Source of the DNA: Eledone cirrhosa
Lineage: Eukaryota
NCBI GenBank assembly: GCA_964016885.1
Contig: OZ024764.1
Span: forward strand, 10,416,001 to 10,480,000
DNA length: 64,000 nt
Direction: 5' to 3'
Below are positions 41,271 through 53,410 of this stretch, piece after piece (within the stretch, counting starts at the first letter, position 1; each line of letters begins with the position of its first letter). The position numbers and the translations under genes are program-made. The notes beneath the pieces were generated by a model. It worked only from the letters and a program-made list of their open reading frames with translations, did no database searches and had not been told where the DNA came from.

Positions 41271-41334
41271 CTCGATAAAGAGGACACATTTAGCTCGAGT
41301 GCTACTGGGCAGGAATTCTGCATAGAGGGTAATT
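41271..41334 (-). CDS. SVOP: SVOP exon
   Basis: ccag|A ATT...GAG|gtaagt, 64 nt. ITLYAEFLPSSTRAKCVLFIE; phase matches the previous exon. Confidence 0.95.
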
Positions 41335-42238
41335 CTGGAGGGTGGAACAAGGTGGTGGTGGTGGGGGTGTTTGGTATAGTGACGGTGGTGTTGGTGGTAG
41401 TGGTGGTGGTGTTGGTGGTGTTGGTGGTAGTGGTGGTGTTGGTGGTAGTGGTGGTGGTGGTGGTAGTGGTGGTGGTGGTGGTGTTGGTGGTGGTGTTGGT
41501 GGTTGTGGTGATGGTGGTGTTGGTGGTAGGGTTGGTGGTGGTGGTGTTGGTGGTGGTGACGTTGGTGGTTGTGGTGTTGGTAGTGGTGTTGGTGGTGGTG
41601 TTGTTGGTTGTGGTGTTGGTGGTGGTGTTGTTGGTTGTGGTGTTGGTGGTGGTGGGGAATCAAAGAGAAAGAGAGAAAAAAAATTAATTAATTTTGTCAT
41701 CATCATCATCATCATCACAACAAACAACTCCCTCTCTTCTTGTCTCACTCCAACTTCTCATCCACACTCTCATTTCTACCTTCACTCCACCTCCACTCCT
41801 CTCACACTCTACAAAAAAAATAGTCGGCATCCTGCTAACATGTATGGTGCTCAACCGATTTCACCTTCACTTCACTCCACGTTCACTTCACTCCACATTC
41901 ACTTCACTCCACATTCACTTCACTTCCACTTCACTCTCACTTCACATCCACTCTCACTCCACCTTCTCACTTTCTTCCACTCCCACTCCACCTTCATCCT
42001 CACTTCACTTCCACTCTCACTCCACCTTCATTCTCACTTCACTTCCACTCTCACTCCATCTTCACCCTCACTTCACTTCCACTCTCACTCCACCTTCATT
42101 CTCACCTCAATTTATCTCCAATCTCACTCGACCTCCACTCCCCTTTCACTCGACCTCCACTCCCCTTTCACTCGACCTCCACTCCACTCTCACTCCACTT
42201 TACACTCAACCCCAACAAAGTATCAGAGTCCTACTCAC

Positions 42239-42363
42239 GCCTGTGGTGCTCCACCAATTCCGAATCCAACCAGACCCCTTAAAATTAGAATCCAGATAAA
42301 ACTAGGTGAAAATGAACTAAGGATCCCGAAATAACAGGTGAATAGGGAGGTTGATATCAGGGC
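42239..42363 (-). CDS. SVOP: SVOP exon (TM3-TM4)
   Basis: tttcag|GCC...GC|gtgagt, 125 nt. [41 protein letters not shown](A). Confidence 0.95.
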
Positions 42364-42401
42364 CTGAAACAGACAAAGACATATATTTATATATATCTTG
42401 G

Positions 42402-42432
<31 letters not shown>

Positions 42433-43071
42433 TAATAATTGTTTCTACTTTAGGCACAAGGCCAGCAATTACCCAGTACATTACTGGTACTTTATTTTAT
42501 CGACCCCGTATGGATGATAAATGTGAAGACTAAAATCCGAAGACCGCTCGATAAGGATAAATATATTTCAAATATATAAGAACCAAGAGCAAATATTTAT
42601 TAGAATAACAGATTAAAGTTTAAGCAAAGAATCCTGCTTTCACCCTTAACCGGATCTTCTGAAACTAAAAAAAAATCAATCTGTGAACGCAGAAATAAAT
42701 ATTTCGAAAAACGTTGCAGCCGAAGGAAAACAGGAAGACGATACTTTGATTCGGGAAGACGTTCCCTGGCAATGAACGGAAAAAAGCAAAGATAATACTT
42801 TGTTATGTGGAGCGATGAGAACAAATACATGCCTTCCTAAATAGAATATTAGTCTACAACTCCATTTATACCATAAACGTGGTTTTGTATTTGCGTGTAT
42901 TTGTTGTCATCGTTTAACATAACGACGTATTATCTTTGCTTTTTTTCCGTTCATAACATCTTTTTATAACTCTTGCTTTTCTATATGATGTCATTGACAC
43001 TGTTAATAGTAATGTATCTTTATAAATGTTCCGAAGACTAGGATTATAATTACTTGGTTAAACATTGGGTA

Positions 43072-43118
43072 TGCTCCGATGATTCCAGACATTCGATTGG
43101 AAGAAACAATTGTCAGCA
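43072..43118 (+). ncRNA. Hammerhead motif with core variant (CCGAUGA)
   Basis: UGCU-CCGAUGA-UUCCA/UGGAA-GAAAC-AAUU-GUC^-AGCA; palindromic ACAAUUGU. Confidence 0.6.
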
Positions 43119-43132
43119 ATTAAATGTATTAA

Positions 43133-43666
43133 CACTTTAATGTTCAAACCAGAATTCTCTACCTCTTTCTCTTGAAACTGGCTGTAACTGGTCGCTCAAA
43201 CTGATGTTAAGGTATTGTTCTCAAAATAAATACTTTCAAAATCTCATAGATTCGATATTATGTGAGGTAAAGTCTTTACCATGAATAATGTAAATGTTAT
43301 GTGAGATAATTATGTGAGGTAAAGCCTTTACTGTGAAAATACAATAGTATATATAGAGTAATGTAAATGTTATGTGAGATATTATGTAAGGTAAAGCCTT
43401 TACTGTGAAAATACAATAGTATATATAGAGTAATGTAAATGTTATGTGAGATATTATGTGAGGTAAAGCCTTTACTGTGAAAATACAATAGTATATATAG
43501 AGTAATGTAAATGTTATGTGAGATATTATGTGAGGTAAAGCCTTTACTGTGAAAATACAATAGTATATATAGAGTAATGTAAATGTTATGTGAGATATTT
43601 ATGTGAGGTAAAGCATTTACCATGAAAATATAATAGTATATATAGAGTATTGTAAATGTTAAAGGG
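43133..43666. mobile_element. piggyBac-like MITE, same family
   Basis: TTAA|CACTTTA...TAAAGGG|TTAA. A truncated reverse copy lies at ~14147-14909. Confidence 0.75.
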
Positions 43667-44626
43667 TTAAACTAAAATTTGATTGTTTTATATTTTGTAT
43701 ATCTATATGCATATAAAAAAGAAAATTTCGCTCTATATGGCTGAATACAATAAATGTAATGTGAGTTTTTTGAATATTAATAATAACATTCGATTCATTT
43801 GCAATTATACAAATAAGCCTCAATTTTATAACCATGTCAGTAGAATGAACACTTCATTCTTGCTCTTATGTTGCCATGTGAACAGAACTGCAGACACTAA
43901 TGTTTCTGGGTATCACCCTTCATCAGTACAGCTCACTGTTCACCTGCCAAACTGTCAGAGCTTGTGAAAATATATGATATTTTAAAAAATACACAGTGAC
44001 TGATCGGCCTGATTTGCATATTAGCAGACTGGCTGATCAGTCAGATCTGCATATTAGCAGATCCACTGATCAGCTAGATTTGCATATCAGCAGACTGGCC
44101 AGTCAGTTTATATGCATATATATTTGCGTATAATACCAATATGCATACCACATATTCTAGCAGAAAACCGGGTTTTCTGCTAGTATACATAATTGTTTCT
44201 ACTGTTTGGCACAAGGCCAGCAATTACCCAGTACATTACTGGTACTTTATTTTATCGACCCCGTAAGGATTAAAGGCAAAGTTAACCTCGGCGGGATTTG
44301 AACTCAGACCGTAAAGGGACGTAACTCTATGCTTCAAAGCATGGCGTCCGACCCTCTACCGATACTGCCAATCCACCGCCCTCTGCTAGTATACATAATT
44401 GTTTCTATTTTTTGGCACAAGGCCAGCAATTACCCAGTGCATTACTGGTACTTTATTTTATCGACCCCGTAAGGATGAAAGGCAAAGTTAACCTCGGCGG
44501 GATTTGAACTCAGACCGTAAAGGGACGTAACTCTATGCTTCAAAGCATGGCGTCCGACCCTGTACCGATACTGCCAATCCACTGAAAGGAAGACAAATGA
44601 AAAAAAAAAAAGTTGGATGTACTTAC

Positions 44627-44698
44627 AGCCTTACGGCCATATTTATCACAGAAACTGCCCCACATACTTGAACTGGTCACCATACCACAGAACACCAC
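44627..44698 (-). CDS. SVOP: SVOP exon with MFS motif A
   Basis: ttcag|GTG...GCT|gtaagt, 72 nt. VVFCGMVTSSSMWGSFCDKYGRKA. Confidence 0.95.
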
Positions 44699-44718
44699 CT
44701 GAAATATACGTGTGTGTG

Positions 44719-44780
<62 letters not shown>

Positions 44781-44903
44781 GGAGGTGAGTTTTATTGTAG
44801 TACAATAAAGCAATGCAGATATCGGATAAGAAGCACTCTACAGTTTGTAGGACTGGAGTATGCATAATATAAGAACAAAAGATGGTTAAAGGAGTTCCAT
44901 GTA

Positions 44904-44970
44904 TTTTATTATGCGCATTTCAAAAACAAATATCATCATGCAATAATATTTGTGTTTTCATCAGATAAAA
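44904..44970 (-). ncRNA. Minimal type-I hammerhead ribozyme motif
   Basis: UUUUAU-CUGAUGA-stem II (ACAAAUAU/AUAUUUGU)-GAAAU-GCGC-AUA^-AUAAAA. Confidence 0.68.
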
Positions 44971-45956
44971 CAGGAGGACATGATATGAAGGCTAAAAAAC
45001 ACTTGTGGATAGTGCAGTTTTAAATCAACATATGTTGATTTAAAATATTATTGCATGATGATGTTTGTTTTTGAAATGCGCATAATAAAATACATGGAAC
45101 TCCTTTAACCATCTTTTGTTCTTATATATATATATAAATATAAGAAAAATGGAGTGCTGCGTGGGTTACATATGAATAAAATTAGCCCTTCTTCAGTGAT
45201 CTTCCAACCTTCATTGGTATTTCATCGCTTTAAAATCATATACCTCTTGTTGGTGCGAGCAATAACTAAATACAGTTATTGGGACAAGTAAAATAGGGTG
45301 AAGCGAAGGAGACATGTAAACAAACAAAGATGGTATTGCAATGGAAAGATAGGAAGAGACAAGTACATGATATCTATAAGCTTAAGCTTGGTGAAATCAT
45401 GGACGAGAGATACAGATATATATATATATTTATATCATCATCATCATCATTTTATGTCTGCTTTTCGCTGCTTGCAAGGGTTGGACGGGAACTGATTCTG
45501 GCTTGATTTCTACAGCTGGATGCCCTTCCTAACACCAACCTCATTTACAGTGAGTGCTGGGTGCTTTTTCGCCGTGGCACCTCCACGACCACTTTGCAGT
45601 GGAATAATAGGGACCCCAGTCCCTATCATCTCATTTCTACAGCTGAGTAAACTGGAGCAATGTGAAATAAAGTGTCTTGCTCAAGGAAACAACACATCAC
45701 CCGGTCTGAGAATTGAACTCACAACCTTTCGGTTGCAAAGCCAAGGCTCTAACCACTAAGTCATGTGCCTCCATATATATATATAGTTTGACAATCGACA
45801 CCAACAAATGCGAGAAGGTTAACCAAGAATCTTTAAAAATCTTCCCACCGGAGTTAACAAAGAACTTACTAGATCTACCAACTCATAATATTATAATATA
45901 AAATTAAATCAATTTGTTTAGAACTACAAGTGAAGTCATTCTTTTCCTTTTTTTCA

Positions 45957-45994
<38 letters not shown>

Positions 45995-46130
45995 TGTAAT
46001 AAACAACCTAAGATAATTATTTCATTTACCAGTGGTTTCTTGAAAGCAAAAAAATCTGCTTTCAGTCATCATAATGAAAAAATCCTGGTGTTTTTATTGA
46101 ATGACATTCAATAAACCACCAGTATTTTTT

Positions 46131-46188
46131 TTCATTCTGACGACTGAAAGCAGATGTGTTTGCTTTCAAGAAACCACTGGTAAATGAA
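46131..46188 (+). ncRNA. Minimal type-I hammerhead ribozyme motif
   Basis: UUCAUU-CUGACGA-C-UGAAAGCA/UGCUUUCA-A-GAAAC-CACUG-GUA^-AAUGAA; same family as 19425. Confidence 0.7.
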
Positions 46189-46282
46189 ATAATTATCTTA
46201 TGTTATTTATTACATAACTAATAAGCTCTGTAACCTACATAGAGCACTCTTTTTTCGTGGACCTTTCCGACGGAATTACTTC

Positions 46283-46320
<38 letters not shown>

Positions 46321-46436
46321 TCATCATTTAACGTCCATCTTCCACGCTAGCATGGGTTAGAAGGTCTTGTTCCATCTCAGACATATATACATATATATAT
46401 ACATACATATATATACATATATATATACATATATAC

Positions 46437-46487
<51 letters not shown>

Positions 46488-46753
46488 CATATACACACAT
46501 ATACATATATACATACATACATATATATATATATACATATACATACATATATATATATATATAAATATATGTATACACACACAGATATATATATATACAT
46601 ATATATATATACATATACATACATACATATATATATATATATAAATATATGTATACATGTTATATATACATACATACTCACACACTCACATACTCACACT
46701 CACACACATACATACATACATAAAGGTGTCCGAGAGACACGAGGAGTATTTAC

Positions 46754-46852
46754 CGTCGTCAGAAGAGCCTGTTTTAAACCAGTCAGACCCCAAGCACAAT
46801 GAAGGGCTGGGGACAAAATGCTGAGTATCATCATCTCCATAGCATCGGACAT
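46754..46852 (-). CDS. SVOP: SVOP exon (TM1-TM2)
   Basis: cag|ATG...ACG|gtaaat, 99 nt. [33 protein letters not shown], with the SVOP signature [11 protein letters not shown]. Confidence 0.95.
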
Positions 46853-47094
46853 CTGCAAATATTGAACAGAAATATATATAAACAAACAATATATGAAGCT
46901 GAATGTTTGGTTGTTAACCCTTTAGTATTTACATTACTCTATATATACTATTATATGAAGAGCAAAGCCTGGGCAGCGTGCCACAGCTTGAGATCTATAT
47001 ATATATATTTTTATACATATATATATATATATATATATAAAATATTAAACAAATAATGAATAAACAATTCCTTATATTAAACAAAAAAAGTTCA

Positions 47095-47240
47095 TTATTT
47101 AACGATCGTTTCTAGGATATATATGTGTTAAAGTTGGTATGCATATTCAACAGATCTATGTAGAAAATTATACAAAATTATACAAACTATCAAGATTAAA
47201 TATACATACCAACACATATATACACCGTCTTCAGAAATAA
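47095..47240 (-). ncRNA. Hammerhead motif with very long stem II
   Basis: UUAUUU-CUGAAGA-[~115 nt imperfect hairpin]-GAAAC-GAUC-GUU^-AAAUAA. Confidence 0.6.
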
Positions 47241-47548
47241 TTCAGTATAATTTTGTATAATTTTCTACATAGATCTGTTGAATATGCATGCCAACTCTAA
47301 CACATATATATCCTAGAAACGATCGTTAAATAATGAACTTTTTTTGTTTAATATAAGGAATTGTTTATTCATTATTTGTTTAATATTTTATCTTGACTCT
47401 GTATACCGTTTATCTTTCACCGAAAGTGATTTTTCATTACATTTCTTCTTTCCATGATATCCGGAATACATTGAGTTCTTCATACGGATTGGACACTACC
47501 GTAAACTCTTGGTAGATTTATCTATATATATATATATATATATATAAA

Positions 47549-47845
47549 GGATGAAAAACTCAGAGCTGTATGGGAGCATCCCAAAAGTCAGCTCAAAAGT
47601 GACACAGAGGAGACTGAGGTTGGCTGGACATGCTCACCGACATCCAGAGTTGACATTGCACTCAGTGCTCCTTTGGGAGCCCCTACATGGACACACTAGA
47701 AGAGGAAGACCAAGGTTAACATATGTTGATGCCCTAAGGACAGACACTGGTCTGTTGGGGATGCAGGATATGGCAGCGATAATGAGGGACAGAGACCGCT
47801 GGAGAGAACTCGTCCATGGATCTCGGGAATTTTACCCGCCTTAGA
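47549..47845 (+). mobile_element. RTE-clade LINE 3' end
   Basis: RRLRLAGHAHRH...RGRPRLTY...DRDRWR. Confidence 0.85.
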
Positions 47846-47920
47846 TAGAGAGAGATATATATTTATACATATATATACGATATTAAACAAATGGAAACTA
47901 TATTTATAAAACCATATTTA

Positions 47921-47982
47921 TTTCATTATACATATTTCGGGGATACCATATTAAAAATATGGCATGCCTTCTTCAGATAAAA
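47921..47982 (-). ncRNA. Hammerhead motif (inverted mate of 49004-49065)
   Basis: Reverse complement of the + strand copy. Confidence 0.65.
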
Positions 47983-49003
47983 TACAATATATAAACAGTT
48001 TTATAAATAATTTTGACGTACCATAAATATTGAGCAACTGTTATGTAAGAAGCCGGTTTGGTAGTGAGATGTTTATAAATATTTAACTTATAAATATTTA
48101 ACTTATAAATATTTAAATTAGAAATAAGAGGGATCAGATGTTGTTTACTCGAGAGAAGGCTACGTTGGTACGGTCACGTGATGCGCATGAAAGACGACAG
48201 CTGTATAACAAAGTGCAGGGCAATAAAGATAGACGGTAGCCACGGAGTAGGCAGACCCAGAAAAACATGGGACGAGCTGATAAATTCCGACCTCACATGC
48301 TTACACCTCTCCAAGACAATGTCACTGGACCGAGACCTTTGGCGGTACTCAGTAATAGAGAAGACCCGCCTTACCTAAATACAAAGTAAAAACCTACTAC
48401 AGTCAGTAGGCATCTCTATCAAAACACACCCCCGTCCCACCACCTCCACCCCACCCACACCGCCCCTTTCAATGTAAAGTTATGTTGGTCCCACAACATC
48501 CAGGCCGAAACAAATGAGATCGTGTAGGTGTCACGACAAAAAACACACAGTCCACGCTGTAAATGTGGCCGTGTAGGCAACACGGTAAAAACCTCCCAGC
48601 CCCACACTGTAAATGTGGTTGGTGTTAGGAAGGGCATCCAGCTGTAGAAAACCCGCCAGACAGTCCACGCTGTAATGTGGCCGTGTAGGCAACACGGTAA
48701 AAACCTCCCAGCCCCACACTGTAAATGTGGTTGGTGTTAGGAAGGGCATCCAACTGTAGAAAACCCGCCAGACAGTCCTATGCGAGCAAGACAACCACTC
48801 TTGCCTCAAGTGGGAAAACCCCCGTCCAAACCCATGCAAGCGTGGAACACGGACGCTAAACCTGATGATGATGATGATGATGATTAACTGTGCTTAACAC
48901 TAAATATTTATAAACATCTCACTACCAAACCGGCTTCTTACATAACGGTTGCTCAATATTTATGGTACGTAAAAATTATTTATAAAACTGTTTATATATT
49001 GTA

Positions 49004-49065
49004 TTTTATCTGAAGAAGGCATGCCATATTTTTAATATGGTATCCCCGAAATATGTATAATGAAA
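49004..49065 (+). ncRNA. Minimal type-I hammerhead ribozyme motif
   Basis: UUUUAU-CUGAAGA-stem II (CCAUAUU/AAUAUGG)-GAAAU-AUGU-AUA^-AUGAAA. Confidence 0.65.
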
Positions 49066-49748
49066 TAAATATGGTTTTATAAATATAGTTTCCATTTGTT
49101 TAATATCGTATATCTACTCCAAAACTTGTCGAGTGCTTTATATCAGTTATAAAATATTTACTTGTTGTAACCCAACAATTTTAAATAAAACTTTTGCATA
49201 TACATATATATATATATTTATACATATATATATATATATATATATACATATATGATGGCTGCCCCCTCGTTATCGAGTATGGCCATTGCATGATATCATA
49301 TTATTAATAATTATTAATTAATTCTATCGTGCAATGCCTGTGCGTGAAGATATTTTTTTAAAGTGAGGAAAGACTGTGCACTGAGCCAATCCCACTCTCT
49401 GAGAGACAGTAGCTATAACCTGAAAAGAAGAAAAGATCAACATCATCTGTAACTACTGAGCAGCAGGTTTTATATCGGAGTTATCCCAGTTTCCTGAGTT
49501 GCCTTCTCCTAGAAGAATGCCCTGACAAAGGCTAGGGGTCCTTCACTCCCAGTGGTTTAACCGCGCGATCGGGTGTCCACCCCGACTATTTCTATGTCCC
49601 CGGGCATATACATACACATGCACCCATGTATATACACATATACAGACATATGTTCACGTGCATATACATACATACATACATCTATATATATATCTATATA
49701 TATAGATATATATAAATGATTTGGGTCCTCAACAGCCGAGCTCCTGCC

Positions 49749-49790
<42 letters not shown>

Positions 49791-50842
49791 ACTTAATACA
49801 TAGTAGAAAGTAAGGGTATATTTCTGCAGAATACTCAGACTTTCTTGATGTCACAGGACCAGGTGGGGTGAGGGGGGCAGGTATCAAGGGGAGGAGGGAT
49901 AAGTAGTGGTCAGGTGTGAGGGGGAGAGGGGTGCAGGGGTAGGTGTGAGGAGGGGTGGGGGCGGGGTGGCTCAGGTGTTGGTATTTATGGTCCTTGGCCT
50001 ACTTCCTGGTGAGAATGAAGTTTGTTTTGTATGACTACCCCCCCGTCCCCCACCACCACCGCCACACCCTGATTTGTAGAGAGAGAGAGGAAGAGAGGAA
50101 GAGAGACATACACATTGACACACTAACATATATATATGACACATATACTCACATACATACACATACACTAACACACAGATACATACACACACATATATAT
50201 ATATATATAGACACATATACACTCATACACTAATACACACATATATACACACATATATATATATAGACACACACACACTAACACACATACATACACATAC
50301 ACTAACACATATACATACATATATAGACATATACACACTCACAATAACACACACACACACACACACAGACACACTAACACATACGCATACACATATATAT
50401 ACATACATATATAGACACACACACACACACACACTAACACAGACATACACATACACTAACACACATATATATATATACATACATACATAGACACAACATA
50501 CACACACACTAACACACACACACACACAGATACACATATATACACACAGATTAACACACACACACACACACACACACAGACAGACACATACATACACATA
50601 CACATACACTAAAATGCATACACACACGAATTCAGATACACCCACACATTCACAGACACACACTAACACGCACACACAGAATAGCACACACATACACACA
50701 CATACACACACACATACATACACTAACACACACACATTGACACATTAACACACACATATATATACATACACTAACACACACACACATACACATTCCTAAA
50801 CTAATCACAGTTTAACCTATTTTCATCTACTATTGTGTTAAT

Positions 50843-52122
50843 GAGGTGGTGGTGGTGGTGGTGCTGGTGGTAGTTGTGTTAATGAGGTGGTAGTGGTGGT
50901 AGTGGTGGTGTGTGTGGTGGTGTTGTGGTGGTGGTGGTGTAGTGGTAGTGGTGGTGTGGTGGTAGTGGTGGTAGTGGTGGTGGTGGTGGTGGTAGTGGTG
51001 GTGGTGGTGGTGGTGGTGGTGGTGTTGGTGGTGTTAATGAGTGGTGGTGCTGGTGGTAGTTGTGGTGGTGGTGGTAGTTGTGGTGGTGGTGGTAGTGGTG
51101 GTGGTGGTGGTGGTAGTGGTGGTGGTGGTGGTAGTGGTGGTGGTGGTGGTGGTGGTGGTGTTAATGAGTGGTGGTGCTGGTGGTAGTTGTGGTGGTGGTG
51201 GTAGTTGTGGTGGTGGTGGTGGTGGTGGTGGTGGTGGTGGTGTTGTTGGTGGTGGTAGTGGTGGTGGTGGTGGTGTTGGTGGTGGTGGTGGTGGTGGTGG
51301 TAGTGGTGGTGGTGGTGTGGTGGTGGTGGTGGTGGTAGTGGTGGTGGTGGTGGTGGTGGTGGGTGTGGTGGGTGTGGTGGTGGTGGTGGTGGTGGTGGGT
51401 GTGGTGGTGGTGGTAGTGGTGGTGTTGGTGGTGGTGGGTGTGGTGGTGGTAGTGGTGGTGGGTGTGGTGGTGGTGGTGGTGGTAGTGGTGGTGTGGTGGT
51501 GGTGGTGGTGTGGTGGTGTTGGTGGTAGTTGTGGTGGTAGTGGTAGTGGTGGTGGTGGTGTTGGTGGCAGTTGTGGTGGTGGTGGTAGTGGTGGTGGTGG
51601 TGGTGGTGGTAGTTGTAATGGTGGTGGTAGTGGTGGTGGTGTTGGTGGTAGTTGTGGTGGTGGTAGTGTTGGTGGCAGTTGTGGTGGTGGTGGTAGTGGT
51701 GGTGTTGGTGGTAGTTGTAATGGTGGTGGTAGTGGTGGTGGTGGTGTTGGTGGTAGTTATGGTGGTGGTGGTGTTGTTGGTAGTTGTGGTGTTGTTGGTA
51801 GTTGTGGTGGTGGTGCTGATGGTGGTGGTGGTGTTAATGAGTGGTGGTGGTTTTGGTTGTGGTGGTGGTGGTGGTGGTGGTAGTAGTGGTGGTGGTGGTA
51901 GTGGTGTTGTGGTGGTGGTGGTGGGGTTGTTGCTGTTGCTGTTGGTGGTGGTGTTGTTGGTGGTGGTGGTGTTGTTGTTGTTGGTGGTGGTGTTGGTGGT
52001 GGTGGTGGTGGTGTTGTTGTTGGTGGTGATGGTGGTGGTGGTGGTGGTGTTGTTGTTGGTGGTGATGGTGGTGTTGGTGTTGGTGGTGTTGGTGGTGGTG
52101 GTGTTGGTGGTGGTATTGGTGG
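50843..52122. repeat. (GGT)n-rich microsatellite
   Basis: Direct reading; similar tract at 41340-41655. Confidence 0.95.
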
Positions 52123-53410
52123 TTACAACATCAAAGGAGGTTTCTTGGGTGTTTAATGATAGGAGACCCCAGTCCTATCATGTTGTTACAGCTCACACCT
52201 ATGTAGGTTTAGCTGGCCTCCTACAAGGTTGTATTTCATAGGAGGTTTCTTGGGTGTTTTAATGATAGGGACCCCAGTCTTATCATGTTGTTATAGCTCA
52301 CACCTATGTAGGTTTAGCTGGCCTCCTACAAGGTTGTATCTCATAGGAGGTTTCTTGGGTGTTTTAATGATAGGGACCCCAGTCTTATCATGTTGTTACA
52401 GCTCACACCTATGTAGGTTTAGCTGGCCTCCTACAGGGTTGTATCTCATAGGAGGTTTCTTGGGTGTTTTAATGATAGGGACCCCAGTCCTATCATGTTG
52501 TTACAGCTCACACCTATGTAGGTTTAGCTGGCCTCCTACAAGGTTGTATCTCATAGGAGGTTTCTTGGGTGTTTTAATGATAGGGACCCCAGTCCTATCC
52601 TGTTGTTACAACTCACACCTATGTAGGTTTAGCTGGACTCCTACAGGGTTGTATCTCATAGGAGGTTTCTTGGGTGTTTTAATGATAGGGACCCCAGTCC
52701 TATGATGTTGTTACAGCTCACACCTATGTAGGTTTAACTGGGCTCCTACAGGGTTGTATCTCATAGGAGGTTTCTTGGGTGTTTTAATGATAGGGACCCC
52801 AGTCCTATGATGTTGTTACAGCTCACACCTATGTAGGTTTAGCTGGCCTCCTACAGGGTTGTATCTCATAGGAGGTTTCTTGGGTGTTTTAATGAGAGGG
52901 ACCCCAGTCTTATCATGTTACAGCTCACACCTATGTAGGTTTAGCTGGCCTCCTACAGGGTTGTATCTCATAGGAGGTTTCTTGGGTGTTTTAATGAGAG
53001 GGACCCCAGTCTTATCATGTTACAGCTCACACCTATGTAGGTTTAGCTGGCCTCCTACAGGGTTGTATCTCATAGGAGGTTTCTTGGGTGTTTTAATGAG
53101 AGGGACCCCAGTCTTATCATGTTACAGCTCACACCTGTGTAGGTTTAGCTGGCCTCCTACAGGGTTGTATCTCATAGGAGGTTTCTTGGGTGTTTTAATG
53201 ATAGAGGACCCCAGTCCTATGATGTTACAGCTCACACAGCCTCATCACAAGCTGCCTGAGATCTACACCTATGGACAGTCTGTATATCCTGGTAGGCATA
53301 GCCCCACCAGAGAAACGACCAAGTTTAGCAAGCAAGAAAGAGCGTCAACAACAGACTACAGACCAAAAACATCCTCTCTTTGGCCATATGCCAGCCAAAT
53401 GCCGCCTTAA

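Larger units (their letters stand above)
47877..49112. mobile_element. ~210-bp-arm inverted repeat with an RTE 3' fragment in the loop
   Basis: Arms at 47877-48085 and 48900-49112 are reverse complements. The RTE ORF end 48178-48378 and its 3' UTR/(GAT)n tail lie between them. Confidence 0.75.

Noticed and set aside
41223-42334. Gly-, His-, Pro- or Val-rich ORFs (also 35678-36311, 50887-52241, 57207-57743)
   Set aside because: Trinucleotide microsatellites; only the embedded SVOP exons are real.
49861-49970. G-quadruplex-capable G-run cluster
   Set aside because: G-runs are present, but low-complexity tracts are ubiquitous here and nothing supports a function.
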